Position numbers and translations under genes: made by a program | Notes under the pieces: model-generated | Told to the model about the DNA's origin: nothing | What the model saw: only the letters and a program-made list of their open reading frames with translations | Database searches by the model: none | Origin: Mobula hypostoma | Lineage: Eukaryota | Direction: 5' to 3' | Length of the DNA: 64,000 bases | NCBI RefSeq assembly: GCF_963921235.1 | Contig: NC_086109.1 | Coordinates: 12,524,001 to 12,588,000 of the forward strand | Shown here: positions 63,043-64,000 of the stretch, piece by piece | How positions within the stretch are numbered: the stretch's first letter is position 1 | Layout: each line of letters starts with the position of its first letter

Positions 63043-64000
63043 TAAGCCGACATCTGGGTCCAGTTGCATGGAGCGGGGTCACAGTCTGTTGCTGTAATAA
63101 AACTGGTAATCAAGCTCATGAGAACAAATCCCGCCCAAGAGAATTATGTCGGTGCCCATAGTCAAAGCCTCGACAACACCTCTATAAAAAGTATTGCTTC
63201 TGACCAGTCCTCGGCCCTCGGGCCATCAGCGAGATCATATATCCATTCTGCAGCCACTGACCGGATGGTCGCTGGTCGCTCTGACAACAAGGCAGCTGAT
63301 GGGTCAAACAATTTGACCTTCGCCACCATCTTTAATGTTCATAAACAGGGAGTGTGTGCCCACAGTCCTTAGTTAGTCCAATCTCGGCATTCCCGCCTTT
63401 CCCAAACTGTACCTGCAATTCGTTTTATGTGAGGTGTCCAAATATAATTGTTGTTATGCTTGTTTGTGAATATTTCAGACTGTTTAAAATGGGTAATATG
63501 GGTCCAAAGTTGTCAAGCCGAGGAGCGGTAGTGGGGACAAGCTCCCATTACCTAAAAGTGCTTCTCATGGCAGGCGACTCAAATAGCCTCTGACAACCAA
63601 GTCCAACTCCTGGCCTTCTCGTGTGGCTTAGCCTCTAAGCCTAGCGGAACTGTTTCTACTGACAGGAGAAGGGGCAAAGGCAGGACCTGGCGCCTTAAAA
63701 CCAGTGCTTCGGGTAGATGGAGCTCGTCAGCCTAGGAAGGCAGCCCATCTAAGAGAGGGAAAACTCTGATTTCAAACCTCCACTGCCTTGCAGCCATACC
63801 TACTCATGGGAAAGGCTTCGGGAGTAAATCCTGAGAACAAATCCGGAGCTGGAGTCCCTAAGGCAGTCCGACTTTGCTTTCAACCTCGCTCTGGCAACTT
63901 CTGCAACGTCACTGGTGCCAAGCTGTATTGGCACTTGCCCTTCCCTTGGACAACATTGGTAGCATGGAGAGGGGAGACTTGCTGCTTGGGCAACTGCCAG

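Overview
Repeat-dense vertebrate genomic DNA, probably cartilaginous fish (inferred from the repeat families: CR1, Rex1/Babar, L1, RTE, Penelope, Tc1/mariner, Gypsy, SINEs). The host content is a tandem cluster of Ig-superfamily receptor genes on the minus strand, reconstructed here exon by exon from splice sites and intron phases. Gene A (60131 to about 37964) has leader, V, C2, V, C2, stalk, a TM exon carrying Lys/Arg, and a probable short tail, so it looks like an activating receptor. Gene B (22745 to 670, continuing off the left edge) has leader, V, C2, V, C2, stalk and an uncharged TM; its tail is outside the window. The V domains are CD300/pIgR-type (KYWC motif plus a second C-C' disulfide). 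The C2 domains begin EPVSVPVL (FcR-like/SLAM-like). Between the two genes lies a gutted third paralog (about 28.9-34.0 kb): its leader exon is locally inverted, while its promoter and 3' region remain in the original orientation. Highlights: a putative paired-receptor system with an internally duplicated V-C2 module; a V domain in gene B that lost both the canonical B-strand Cys and the C-strand Trp; in-frame tandem splice acceptors that keep a signal-peptide remnant; and Penelope-borne hammerhead ribozyme motifs inside introns. No database searches were run. Family names rest on motif recognition, and repeat boundaries without a stated TSD are approximate.
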